A stretch of DNA of 64,000 nt from Deltaproteobacteria bacterium (GTDB lineage Bacteria; Myxococcota; Kuafuiibacteriia; Kuafuiibacteriales; Kuafuiibacteriaceae), in assembly GCA_040218735.1 (NCBI GenBank), contig JAVJQW010000062.1:64001-128000 (forward strand), written 5' to 3'. A model generated the notes under the pieces. That model saw nothing but the letters and a program-made list of their open reading frames with translations, was not told the DNA's origin and ran no database searches. Both the position numbers and the translations under genes were made by a program. Positions within the stretch are counted from its first letter, which is position 1. Each line of letters starts with the position of its first letter. Shown here in pieces: positions 30,113 to 39,891 of the stretch.

Positions 30113-30291
30113 GTCGTGCTCCCCCTTCGGGGCAGGGTCGCCGGGTTCCGAGCGTCGGACCAGGGGGCGATGGGTGCAGGCCTCAAACCACGAAGATCAC
30201 TCGGGGTGCGGGTCGCATCGACGCCCTAAAGGTGCGTCGGCGCCCAACAAACTTCACCTGCGCGCCGTTCAACCTTAACCTCGGGGCAATT

Positions 30292-32172
30292 TTGGCAACG
30301 AAGAGCGAGCTGAAGATCGCCGAACAGATCTTGGATCGGTTCTACCGGGACGCGGAGGGCAAGACCAACCGACAGGTCGACGTCTACTACGCGCTCGAAG
30401 ACATGGGGATCCCGCGCGACAAAGCCGACCCGGCGATCACGTACCTCGTCAGTCGCGGGCTCGTGAACACGTTCGGACCGGACATCGCGTTCCTCACGGA
30501 TCGTGGCGTGCAGGTGATGATCGAAGAGATCGACATCTCCACGCTCGACAAGGTGCTGAAAGACTTCATCCAAAAACCCGTCGACGATGCGCCCGCCCCG
30601 CCTCCGCCCGCCGCCGCAGGCAAGCCCGCGAAGGCCGCCACCGCGCGCCCGAAGGTCGCGAGCCTCACACACATCGATCTCGAAGGTCAGGAGTACACCC
30701 TCGCGCTCGGTTGGGTGTGCACGATCGGACGCGCCGACGCGAACCACGTGCGTGTCAACGACCAGCGCGCGTCCAAGAAACACGCGGAGATTCGCTACGA
30801 AGACGGCGGCTTCGTGCTGCACGATCTCGAGTCCGCGAACGGCACCCTGCTCAACGGCCAGTACGTCGTCGAGCCGGAGCCGCTCAAACACGACGACGAG
30901 ATCGTCATCGGCCGCACCATGCTGCTGTTCACGGCGCCGCATCAGGTCGCGGCGCCCTCCGAGCCGCCCCCGGGCACCGAGGAGCCCGCCGCGGAGCCCG
31001 CGACGATCGTGCCGATGGCGCCGACCGAGCGCCCCGCCGAGGTCGACCCGCCGTCGATCCGCGTCGTGAAGGGGACCCCAGCGCCGGCGCCCGTCGCGCC
31101 GAGCGTGAAGTCCGATCTGTTCGCCGAACCTGCGCGCGAAGCGTCGGGCGCCGACCTCTTCGGCGGCGCCGAGCCGGCGCCCAGCGCCGACGGCGATCTG
31201 TTCGCGGGCAAGTCACGTCCGGCGCCGCGACCGCCGTCCGACGATCTGTTCGGCGGCGACGCCCCCGCCCCGCGCGACGACGGTGATCTGTTCGGGGAGG
31301 CGTCGAAGCCCAGCGCATCGAGCGACGACCTCTTCGGAGAGCCCTCGCAGCCCGGCGCGTCCAGCGAGGACCTGTTCGGCGAGACGTCGCGGCCCGGCGC
31401 CGGTGGTGACGATCTGTTCGGGGAGAAGTCCCGCCCCGGCGCGACGACGCCCCCGCCGAAGACCGACCTGTTCGGCGACGAGCCCCCGACGGAGGCGGGC
31501 TCCAGCTCCGATCTGTTCGATCGCAACCCCACGCAGACCGGGCGCCTCGAGCCGCCGACCGTGACCCCGGAGGTCCAGTCCGTGCCGGTCGTCCCGCTCG
31601 CAGACATGGCCGACATCCCGTCGGCCCCGCCGGGGGCTCTCGAGGAGATCGAGGCGATGGAGGACGACGTCCCCGTCGCGCCGGAGTCGACGGCGGACTG
31701 GGACGAGGACACCCCGCCCTCCGCGGGTCCGACGCCACAGCAGCTGCTGGAGAACCAGCCCGTCCGCGCCGCGCGGAAGGACGACGCCGCCGCGACCGTC
31801 ATGATGACGCGTGAGGCGATCTTCGGGGAGGGAGACCGCGCCGAGGAGGAGCCCCCGCACTGGGGGGACGATCGGCCGCCGATGGGGAGTCACCCGGCGT
31901 TCGGCGACGCCGCCGAGGCGCTCCCGGTGGCGACCGCCTCCCTCGCGAACCTCGGTGCGCCCGGCCCGACCGAAGACGTCTCGGACGACGACGCGGGCGA
32001 CACGATGGACTCGGAGCTGTCCGCGGAGCACGCGTTCCACGAGACGCTGAAGGTGCTCAGGGCCCAGACGGAGCGCGCCGATCTCCCGGATCGTGACGCC
32101 GTGCTGCAGGCGATCGACCTGCTCTTCGGGCACCCTTACGTCCGCGTCGTGCTGCAGAAGATCTCGGACTGA
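30292..32172 (+). CDS. FHA domain protein with N-terminal wHTH-like domain and ten DLF repeats
   Basis: TIGR..ASKKHA..DLESANGT FHA motifs. Probable TTG start at 30292. Confidence 0.8.
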   Translation: MATKSELKIAEQILDRFYRDAEGKTNRQVDVYYALEDMGIPRDKADPAITYLVSRGLVNTFGPDIAFLTDRGVQVMIEEIDISTLDKVLKDFIQKPVDDAPAPPPPAAAGKPAKAATARPKVASLTHIDLEGQEYTLALGWVCTIGRADANHVRVNDQRASKKHAEIRYEDGGFVLHDLESANGTLLNGQYVVEPEPLKHDDEIVIGRTMLLFTAPHQVAAPSEPPPGTEEPAAEPATIVPMAPTERPAEVDPPSIRVVKGTPAPAPVAPSVKSDLFAEPAREASGADLFGGAEPAPSADGDLFAGKSRPAPRPPSDDLFGGDAPAPRDDGDLFGEASKPSASSDDLFGEPSQPGASSEDLFGETSRPGAGGDDLFGEKSRPGATTPPPKTDLFGDEPPTEAGSSSDLFDRNPTQTGRLEPPTVTPEVQSVPVVPLADMADIPSAPPGALEEIEAMEDDVPVAPESTADWDEDTPPSAGPTPQQLLENQPVRAARKDDAAATVMMTREAIFGEGDRAEEEPPHWGDDRPPMGSHPAFGDAAEALPVATASLANLGAPGPTEDVSDDDAGDTMDSELSAEHAFHETLKVLRAQTERADLPDRDAVLQAIDLLFGHPYVRVVLQKISD

Positions 32173-32227
32173 ATCGGGCGAAGTTTTTGTTGCCTACCCC
32201 TCGGACCTCGTCTAGGAGGGACGGCCT

Positions 32228-32848
32228 ATGTCTCGATACACCGGTCCTCGTCTCAGGATCGCGCGGCGCCTCGGCGGCGCCGAGCTGCCCGGCCTCGTGG
32301 TTCCGAAGGAGCTTCGTCGCCCGTATCCGCCCGGCCAGCACGGCCCCACGCAGCGCATCAAGCTGTCGGACTACGCGATTCGTCTGCGTGAGAAGCAGAA
32401 GCTGCGCCACCACTACGGCGTCGGTGAGAAGCAGTTCCGTCGGTACATGCTCCGCGCCAAGCGGGCGAAGGGCAACACCGGCTCGAACCTGCTGGTGTTC
32501 CTCGAGAGCCGCCTCGACAACGTGGTCTTCCGCCTCGGCTTCGCGCGCACCATCCGCGCCGCGCGCCAGCTCGTGGGCCACGGTCACATCACGGTGAACG
32601 GTCACCGGTGTGACATCGCGTCCTGCCAGCTCCGCCCCGGCGACATCGTCGGTGTGCGCGAGAAGAGCAAGATGAAGGAGAAGATCGCGGCCGAGGTCGC
32701 CGGTCCGGTGCTCCTCGCCATCCCGTCGTACCTCGAGCGCGAGGACACGGCGCTCCGCGGCACGTTCAAGACCGCGCCCGAGTCGGGGGACTGCCCGCTC
32801 GCGATCAACGAAGCCCTCGTCGTCGAGCTCTACGCGCTCGCGATGTAG
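32228..32848 (+). CDS. rpsD: 30S ribosomal protein S4 (stand-alone)
   Basis: MSRYTGPR, PPGQHG, LREKQKLR, LESRLDNVVFRLGFA, ARQLVGHGHI; AGGAGG RBS. Confidence 0.96.
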   Translation: MSRYTGPRLRIARRLGGAELPGLVVPKELRRPYPPGQHGPTQRIKLSDYAIRLREKQKLRHHYGVGEKQFRRYMLRAKRAKGNTGSNLLVFLESRLDNVVFRLGFARTIRAARQLVGHGHITVNGHRCDIASCQLRPGDIVGVREKSKMKEKIAAEVAGPVLLAIPSYLEREDTALRGTFKTAPESGDCPLAINEALVVELYALAM

Positions 32849-32854
32849 CGCACG

Positions 32855-35098
32855 CTACGTCCGTTCTTCCAACACACGCTTGGCCAGGGTGAAGCGCACG
32901 TTCGTGCCCTGGCCCAGCTCCGACTCGACCCAGATACGCCCGCCGTGGCGATCCACGATCCGCTTGCAGACGGCGAGGCCGATGCCCGTCCCCGGAAACT
33001 CGCGCTCGCTGTGGAGCCGGCGAAACGCCTCGAAGATGCGCTCGTGGTGCGCCGCCGGGACGCCGATGCCGTTGTCCTTCACCGACACGCTCCACGCGTC
33101 GTCGTGAACGGTCGAGCTCACCTCGACGCGCGGCGTCGATTCACCGCGGAACTTGATCGCGTTGGCCACGAGGTTCTGGAGGAGCTGACGCAACATCGCG
33201 GCGTCACCGACGACCACGGGCAGGCTCGACACGATCACATTCGCCTCGGTCTCCGCGATCGTGTGGGAGAGATCCGTCCGCACCTGCGCCAGGATCTGTG
33301 TGAGATCCACCACCTCGAGCTCGGAGACCCGACGCCCGACCCGCGCGTAGTCGAGGAGATCGGTCACCAGGCGTCGGAGGCGCTCGGCGCTCGACTCGAT
33401 GAACCCGAGGTGCAACGCGGCGTCGTCGCTCAGGCCCTCCCCCAGCTCCCCGCGTAGTAGTCCGGCGAACGACACGATCGAGCGCAGAGGCGCCTTGAGA
33501 TCGTGGGAGGCGACCGCGGCAAAATCACCCAGCTCGGTGTTCGAGCGCTCGAGCTCGGCGTTGAGGCGCTCGAGCTCCGCGAGGACACGTTCGCGTTCGG
33601 AGACCTCGTCGTAGATGACGGCGACCAGGTCGTTGTCGACCCGCGCCGCGCGGATGTCGAACAGCTCCCCGGCCTCGCCGAACGGGTACGCGGAGACCCG
33701 CTGTAGCTCTCGCTTCTCGATCGCGTCGACGTACATCTGGGGAAGGTCCGTCTCGAGGAGCGCCGGAGAGATCTCCGTGATGGGGCGATCGAGGAGCCCA
33801 CCGCGTCCTTCCCACCCATCGGTTGCGAAGCGGTTCCCGTCGACGAAGTGGAGCGTGCTCAGGTCGGAGCGATCTTCGATACGCCCCACCAGGACGCCGA
33901 ACGGCAGGTGGTCGAAGATCTCTCGGTAGATACGGAGCGCGTTCTCACGTTCGCGGAGCTCGTTGATGTCGAGCACCGTCACGAAGCGGCGCACCTCCCC
34001 GTTCGCAGCCCGCTTCACCGTGACATCGAACAGCGCCGCGAAGACGTCACCGTCCCCGCGCACCATCGTGGTCTCGAAGCGTTCGTGGCCGCTCGTCTCG
34101 GCCTTCGTCATCGTGTCGCGCGCGGCCTCGACGGCGCTCGGGTGGAAGAGGGACTCGAGACTTCGTCCGATCAGCTCCGCTTCGGTCACACGGAACTTTC
34201 GAACGAAGGCGGCGTTCACGTCCGAGAGACACCCGCCCTCCCCGGGGGCGATGGCCAAGCCGATGCCGGCGACGCGGAATGCCTCCGCCCACTTGCTCAC
34301 CGTCTCGTCGAGCTCTAGGACCGTCCCTTCCGCCTGGCGAAGGTCGGCGATGTTCGTCGACATCCCGCCCAGCCCGACGATGCGACCGTCGTCGGCGTGT
34401 ACGGGGAAGAGCGAGAGTTGGTAGACGAGTCGCCCCTCGGGGGAGCTGAAGTGCTCCTCGTAGCTCTGGACCGCGTTGGCGTTCAGGACCTCGGCGTCGC
34501 GAGCGTCGACCCGACGCGCGTGGTTCGGATCGAAGTCGTGCTGGGTCCGCCCGATGACGTCCTTCGCTTCACCGGTGATCTTCTCGACGGCCTGACGGAA
34601 GGCCCGGTTCACGAAGGTGAAGTGGCCCTCGACGTCCTTCATGAAGATGGGCTGCGGCGCGGCGTCGAGGAGCGCCGACAGCTCGAGTCCACCGCCCGCG
34701 GTCGGCGACAGGTGCGCCGTGCCCGCGACGACGTCGTCGACGGGTTGCAGCGTGCCGAAAATACCGACGTCCGAGCGCTCGACGACGTGACGTACGAACC
34801 TCAGCGCACCGTCCATGCCACGCACCCGCACGGTGTGTGGTTTCGCAGGTCCGCCCGCGCGCGCCGATCGGACGGCCGCCTCGAACGAACGCCGGTCTGC
34901 GGCGTGGATCAACGCCAGCAACCCGTCGAGCGACTTCAGGTCGGCGTCGGGGTGACCGAGCGCCGCGCAGGCTTCGGCGTCGATGGTGAGCGCGTCGGCC
35001 GCGTCGCAGACGTAGGTGTGAACGCCCGCGAGCCGCGCGCGCCGCGTGTCGTCGCTGGGCGAGCCCATCCCCTTGCGGCAGGATGAATCCTCCCCCAC
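32855..35098 (-). CDS. Multi-PAS sensor histidine kinase
   Basis: Several PAS-like repeats, ASHDLKAPLR, QNLVANAIKF, DNGIG, GTGIGLAVC. Start may be 35068. Confidence 0.88.
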   Translation of the reverse strand: MGEDSSCRKGMGSPSDDTRRARLAGVHTYVCDAADALTIDAEACAALGHPDADLKSLDGLLALIHAADRRSFEAAVRSARAGGPAKPHTVRVRGMDGALRFVRHVVERSDVGIFGTLQPVDDVVAGTAHLSPTAGGGLELSALLDAAPQPIFMKDVEGHFTFVNRAFRQAVEKITGEAKDVIGRTQHDFDPNHARRVDARDAEVLNANAVQSYEEHFSSPEGRLVYQLSLFPVHADDGRIVGLGGMSTNIADLRQAEGTVLELDETVSKWAEAFRVAGIGLAIAPGEGGCLSDVNAAFVRKFRVTEAELIGRSLESLFHPSAVEAARDTMTKAETSGHERFETTMVRGDGDVFAALFDVTVKRAANGEVRRFVTVLDINELRERENALRIYREIFDHLPFGVLVGRIEDRSDLSTLHFVDGNRFATDGWEGRGGLLDRPITEISPALLETDLPQMYVDAIEKRELQRVSAYPFGEAGELFDIRAARVDNDLVAVIYDEVSERERVLAELERLNAELERSNTELGDFAAVASHDLKAPLRSIVSFAGLLRGELGEGLSDDAALHLGFIESSAERLRRLVTDLLDYARVGRRVSELEVVDLTQILAQVRTDLSHTIAETEANVIVSSLPVVVGDAAMLRQLLQNLVANAIKFRGESTPRVEVSSTVHDDAWSVSVKDNGIGVPAAHHERIFEAFRRLHSEREFPGTGIGLAVCKRIVDRHGGRIWVESELGQGTNVRFTLAKRVLEERT

Positions 35099-35125
35099 CC
35101 AAAACGCAATCGCTGCAGGGCTCGG

Positions 35126-35665
35126 TCAGTCCTTGGGGGGCTTCGACGTTCCAGGGGGAGGCACGGCGCGTGGTTTTTGCGCGCGGACCTGCATGGTCGG
35201 CCTCATGTCGGGCGGGAGGATGTCGGCGAACTGAGCGCGCAGCGGCGTCCAGTCCTCCCGGCGGAGCGTCTCGTAGTCGACGTCGCCCTCGTGTCCGAGC
35301 CCCTTCCAGAGCGGCTGGTAGAAGTCGTCGGGTGAGTAGGCCTCCGCGGCGACCTTCGCGAACGCCATCGAAACCACCGGGTCCAGCCCGGAGTCCGACA
35401 GGATGTTGGCGATGGACGCGACCGAGAGCGCCCCGGTCTCGTCCTCGACGAGCGGGAGGCCACCGTCACCGCGGCCGAGGATTCGGTTCATGCTGATGAG
35501 CGGGTCGCGGATGAGGTGCTCGACGAGCGACTTGCGCTCCACGCCCACCCCGGAGGGGCGCTCCCGCATCAGCAGGCGCAGGAGGCACGTCTTCGCCGCC
35601 TGTTCGGCCTGCGCGGACTCGAGGCCGCATTCTTGGAAGATGTCGATCAGCCAGCGTTGGTCCAC
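35126..35665 (-). CDS. Hypothetical protein
   Basis: 179-aa ORF with typical codon bias and GGAG upstream of GTG; fills the gap between genes. Confidence 0.65.
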   Translation of the reverse strand: MDQRWLIDIFQECGLESAQAEQAAKTCLLRLLMRERPSGVGVERKSLVEHLIRDPLISMNRILGRGDGGLPLVEDETGALSVASIANILSDSGLDPVVSMAFAKVAAEAYSPDDFYQPLWKGLGHEGDVDYETLRREDWTPLRAQFADILPPDMRPTMQVRAQKPRAVPPPGTSKPPKD

Positions 35666-35798
35666 CGTTGCTCCGCTCCGTCCTGGGCTGGCGGTATGAT
35701 GCCCTCGAATGCACCTTGTCGTCAGCCCACCTCGAGCGCCAGTTTTTGTCGGCCGGGTGGTCCGCGGTGGGGTCTGACGCTATCCTGCGGCTCGCTCG

Positions 35799-38700
35799 AT
35801 GACTGCACCCCAAGCGGCCCCACCGCCCGAGCGGCTACCGGGAGGAGAAGAGCGCGCGGGTTCGATCACGCTCACGGCGACGGTCGCGAGCGGACGCCGC
35901 TCGACCGCCCTGTTCGGGCATCGCGACGGCGAGGCGACGCCCGTCATCGTCCGGCGCCCGCTCGCCAACCCCGCGCGGTTCCTCGCCGACTGTGAAGAGG
36001 CCGGCGGGCTGCGCGTCGGGGGCGCGGGGGTGACGGAAGACGGGATGCCGACGATGCCGGCCGTCGTCGGCGAGAGCCTCGCGACGGTCCTCGCGTCGCT
36101 CTTCGAGCGGCAAGAGCCCCTCCCGATCCACCTCGCGCTGACGGTCGCGATGGGCATCGCGGACGAGCTGTTGAAGCTCGGTAAGGACGGCGTCCACGGG
36201 GACCTCGTGCCGCATCACGTGCTGATCGGCTACGACGGGTCCGTCGCGCTGATCGATCCGGCGGCGAGCGCCTACCTCGATCGTGCGCAATCTGCGGGGC
36301 GCGAAGGGTACCGGTCCCCGGAGCACATCGACGCGGATGGTCTGACGAAGGCGTCCGACATCTTCGTGCTGGGCATCCTCCTCTTCGAGATGACGACTGG
36401 GCACCCGCTCTACGCCGAGCCCACGCACGCGGACAACGAGGTACGTATCAAGGCCGGCGAGATGCCGAAGCCGCGCACGCTGGTGGGCGACGGCTATCCC
36501 ATCGAGCTGCAGCTGGTGCTCCGCAAGATGCTGCGGCCGCAGACGTCGGGCCGTTTCGCGGACGCGCGCGCCGCGAAGGACGCGTTGCGGCTCGCGGCGA
36601 CGAGCCGGTCCGACGTGGGCCCCGACGCGCTGGGGCAGTGGCTGTCGGACCGATTCCGGGAGCGTCGCGCGGCGTGGGACGACCTGCTCGACGCGACGCG
36701 CGGACGGACGGCGCCGATGCCCGTCGCATCGCGTGCCGCGACGGACGAAACGACGCCCCCGTCGCGCGCCCCGACGGCGCTCGAGTCGCGGCCTTCGCGG
36801 CCGTTCTCGCTGAGCGGAATCACCGCCGAGCCCACGGTCCCGACCCGCGCGCTCCCGCGGACGCCCTCGCCCGCCGACGACAAGGAGAGCCCGCTGGAGG
36901 TCGACACGTTCCAGGAGCTCGCGCCCGTGTCGGGGCCGCTCACGATGGAGGCGATCGAACGGGCGGACGCGGAGGAGCGGTCGCTGTTTTCGTTTCCGTC
37001 CGCCAGTGAAACCGACAACGAGGGCGAGGTCGCGGACGACCCGACGGCTTCGCTCCCGCGTGCGCGCAAACGGGGCGCAGGGCGTGCCGCCATCCCGGGG
37101 ATCATCCCGGACCTCCCGACGGAGGTTTCGGGGCGACGCACGCCGCGGTCCGACGAGTCCACGATGGACGAGGCGTCGGAGCCAACGGCGCTCGACGAGA
37201 TCGTGGAGAGCGATCTGTTGTCGGGATCGCTCGAGGCGCTGACGTTGGAGCCGCTCCCGAGCCTGCAACTCGACGACGACGGTGACGGCGCGCCCCGCTG
37301 GCAGGCGCCGTTGGAGCTCGAGGCGTCGGAGGAGACCGCGACGGGGGACGCGCCGGGCCGCGTGCTACCCGACGTGAGCTTCGACGAGCCCGCGCCCTCG
37401 ACGGGTCCCTCGCCCGCGCCGTTCTCCGCGGAGGACTTCCTCGTGGACGACGAGGACGAGGACGCCCTGCCCGCGCTGGCGGCGGACGACGGGGCCTTCG
37501 CGCCGCTCGACGCCGACTTCCTGGACAGCCTCGCCGACGACACCCCGGCGCCCCTCGCGAGCGCCGACTTCCTCGACGCGCTCCCGAGGCCGGAGGACGC
37601 CGGGTTCGACGTCGACGCCTCCCCCACCACCGACCGTCAGAACGCGGCGGGCGCGCTGGCGCTGGACGACGAAGCCCCCGACACGTTCCCGCCGGACGGC
37701 CTGCTCGGGCTCGACACACCCCACGAGGGGGTGCCGGTGGCGCCCCACGACCCAGGCGCCCCGGCCACCGAGCTTTCGACGCACAGCGGCGGTGGGCTCC
37801 CCGCGCCGATCGACGACGACCACCCGACCCGCCGCGGCAGCGCGCTCCCCGCGCCGAGCGGAGACGATCACGCGACGCGACGCGGGCTCCCCGGGACGAG
37901 CGCCGACGGGATCACGTCGGGCCCTGAGCTCTCCTCGCTCAGCCTCGACGAACACCCGACCCGCCGCGGCGGCGGGCTCCCCGCGCCGAGCAGCGGCAGC
38001 GGGCTCCCGGCGCCGAGCCGAGAAGCCGACCCGGCGAGCCGCGGCAGCGGGGTCCCCACGCCGAGCCGAGAAGCGGTGCCGAGCCGTCCGAGCGGGCTCC
38101 CCGCGCCGAGCCGAGACGGGCTCCCCGCGCCGAGTCGAGACGGGCTCCCCGCGCCGAGCCGAGACGGGCTCGCGGCCCGGGCGACCGGCCTCCCCGCGTC
38201 GAGCGGAGACGCGGCCCCGACGAGCCGCGGGAGCGGGCTCCCCGCGTCGAGCGCCGGCGGCCTCCCCGCGCCGAGCGGTGCGCCCGCGACCCGAGGAAGC
38301 GGGCTCCCGGCCGCACGTCCGAGTGGGCTCCCCGCCGCGGGTCGAGCGGCGCCCCCCGACGGCGCCGTGCCGCACGGCTTCACGGACGCTGCGCCGCCCG
38401 CGTTGGCGCTCGAGGACGAGCTGTCCTCGGACCTGCGCCTCGACAAGCCGAGCTTCGACGAAGAGTCCGACTCGCGCGACCTCACCAGCGATCTCTGGGA
38501 CGACGATCCGAACGAGCCCAACGACACGATCGACGAGAGCGCCGCCGAGGACATCCTGACCCCCGACGAGCTCGCGCTCGTGCAGCGCGCCGCCGAGATC
38601 GTCCCCGCCAAACGCGACGACACGGTCCCGCTGCCGATGTCCCCCTTCCGGGCGGCGACGGATCCCAACCCGAACGCCCCGACCGCGCCCCTGCGCGGCG

Positions 38701-39875
38701 CCACGGATCCGAGCGGGCCACCGAGCGGACTGCCCACGCCCAGCGAGCGCCCCACCGCGATGGGCGGGTCCGCGCCGCTCCCCGCGCACAAACCACGTCC
38801 CAAGCCGAACCCGGACGAGATGTCGGTCCGTCCGATCGCACCGCTGATGAAGCCAGCGGAGTCCGACCGTCCGAACCAACGCGGGATCGCCACCCAGGTC
38901 GTGCGTGACCGCATCACCGACCAGCACGGCGCCGCCATCCCCAGCTCGGACTTCGTCACCGAGGGCCAGGTCCCGACGCAGGTCGTCCGCGAGCGTTCGA
39001 CGTCCACGCCGAGACACGACCGTCGCCCCGCCGTGGAGCGCGATCAGACACCGGTCCGCGCCGGACCGACGCTCGTCGACTCGCTGCTCCCCGAAGACAG
39101 CCAAAACAGCGAGCTGGTCATCCCGCTCTCCGACGACGAGATCCGAAACTCCGAGCGGAGGAAGCGCGTCCTCATCGGCGCGCTCGTCGTCGCGCCCGTC
39201 ACGATCCTCGCGATCGGGTTCCTCGCCTACGCGCAGCTCACGCGCGCGCCGACGGCCGTCTCGATCCCCAGCCAGGGCGCCAACGCCGGTGAGGTGAACA
39301 CCGAAGTGCTCGACCGCGCGCGCGTCGAGCCGCCCGTGAAGGCCGCGCCCGACGAGACCCCGGCGCCCGCGGAGGACGGCGCCCCCTCGGGCGTCGAGGC
39401 CCCACCGCCCGCGGCGCCACCGCCGCCCGTCGCCGCGCCGCCGGTCGAACGCGCGCCGCCGCCGGTCGTGCCTCCGCCGCCGCCCGTCGTGCCTCCGCCG
39501 CCGCCGGTCGAGACCGCACCGCCGGTCGAGACCGCGCCGCCGCCGGTCGAGACCGCGACCGACGAACCGCCGCCCGACGAAGCGCCGCCGGACGAAGCGG
39601 CGCCGGACGAGCCGCAGACACCGACGAAGGTCGTCGTGCGCATCCTCCCCCCGCACGCGAAGTTCGAGGTGGACGGCGTGGAGTACCAAAACGGCGCGAC
39701 GCTCGAGGTCGGTGCCGACCCGATCGACCTCCGCGCGTTCGCGAAGGGCTACATCGCGCAGCGCCAGACGATCGCGCCGTTCGAGCGACGCAACGTCACG
39801 GTCCTCCTGATGAAGGAGCCGCAGCCCGAGTCGAACGAACCGGAGACGATCGAGCCCGAGACGATCGAGCCCTAG
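35799..39875 (+). CDS. Membrane pseudokinase: degenerate Ser/Thr kinase, long disordered linker, TM, Pro-rich stalk, PEGA-like domain
   Basis: HGDLVPHHVLI, IDP in place of DFG, YRSPE, SDIFVLG; TM after RRKR; C-terminal VRILPPHAKFEVDG. Confidence 0.8.
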   Translation: MTAPQAAPPPERLPGGEERAGSITLTATVASGRRSTALFGHRDGEATPVIVRRPLANPARFLADCEEAGGLRVGGAGVTEDGMPTMPAVVGESLATVLASLFERQEPLPIHLALTVAMGIADELLKLGKDGVHGDLVPHHVLIGYDGSVALIDPAASAYLDRAQSAGREGYRSPEHIDADGLTKASDIFVLGILLFEMTTGHPLYAEPTHADNEVRIKAGEMPKPRTLVGDGYPIELQLVLRKMLRPQTSGRFADARAAKDALRLAATSRSDVGPDALGQWLSDRFRERRAAWDDLLDATRGRTAPMPVASRAATDETTPPSRAPTALESRPSRPFSLSGITAEPTVPTRALPRTPSPADDKESPLEVDTFQELAPVSGPLTMEAIERADAEERSLFSFPSASETDNEGEVADDPTASLPRARKRGAGRAAIPGIIPDLPTEVSGRRTPRSDESTMDEASEPTALDEIVESDLLSGSLEALTLEPLPSLQLDDDGDGAPRWQAPLELEASEETATGDAPGRVLPDVSFDEPAPSTGPSPAPFSAEDFLVDDEDEDALPALAADDGAFAPLDADFLDSLADDTPAPLASADFLDALPRPEDAGFDVDASPTTDRQNAAGALALDDEAPDTFPPDGLLGLDTPHEGVPVAPHDPGAPATELSTHSGGGLPAPIDDDHPTRRGSALPAPSGDDHATRRGLPGTSADGITSGPELSSLSLDEHPTRRGGGLPAPSSGSGLPAPSREADPASRGSGVPTPSREAVPSRPSGLPAPSRDGLPAPSRDGLPAPSRDGLAARATGLPASSGDAAPTSRGSGLPASSAGGLPAPSGAPATRGSGLPAARPSGLPAAGRAAPPDGAVPHGFTDAAPPALALEDELSSDLRLDKPSFDEESDSRDLTSDLWDDDPNEPNDTIDESAAEDILTPDELALVQRAAEIVPAKRDDTVPLPMSPFRAATDPNPNAPTAPLRGATDPSGPPSGLPTPSERPTAMGGSAPLPAHKPRPKPNPDEMSVRPIAPLMKPAESDRPNQRGIATQVVRDRITDQHGAAIPSSDFVTEGQVPTQVVRERSTSTPRHDRRPAVERDQTPVRAGPTLVDSLLPEDSQNSELVIPLSDDEIRNSERRKRVLIGALVVAPVTILAIGFLAYAQLTRAPTAVSIPSQGANAGEVNTEVLDRARVEPPVKAAPDETPAPAEDGAPSGVEAPPPAAPPPPVAAPPVERAPPPVVPPPPPVVPPPPPVETAPPVETAPPPVETATDEPPPDEAPPDEAAPDEPQTPTKVVVRILPPHAKFEVDGVEYQNGATLEVGADPIDLRAFAKGYIAQRQTIAPFERRNVTVLLMKEPQPESNEPETIEPETIEP
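37790..38345 (+). repeat. GLPAPS-coding repeat array
   Basis: About 15 GLP(A/G)xS-like units; near-perfect 24-bp gggctccccgcgccgagccgagac tandem at about 38094-38170. Confidence 0.85.
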
Positions 39876-39891
39876 TCACGGATTCAAGCCC

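Noticed and set aside
30113-30291. Possible riboswitch in the CBS/FHA divergent intergenic region
   Set aside because: Only short GC hairpins; no recognisable aptamer consensus.
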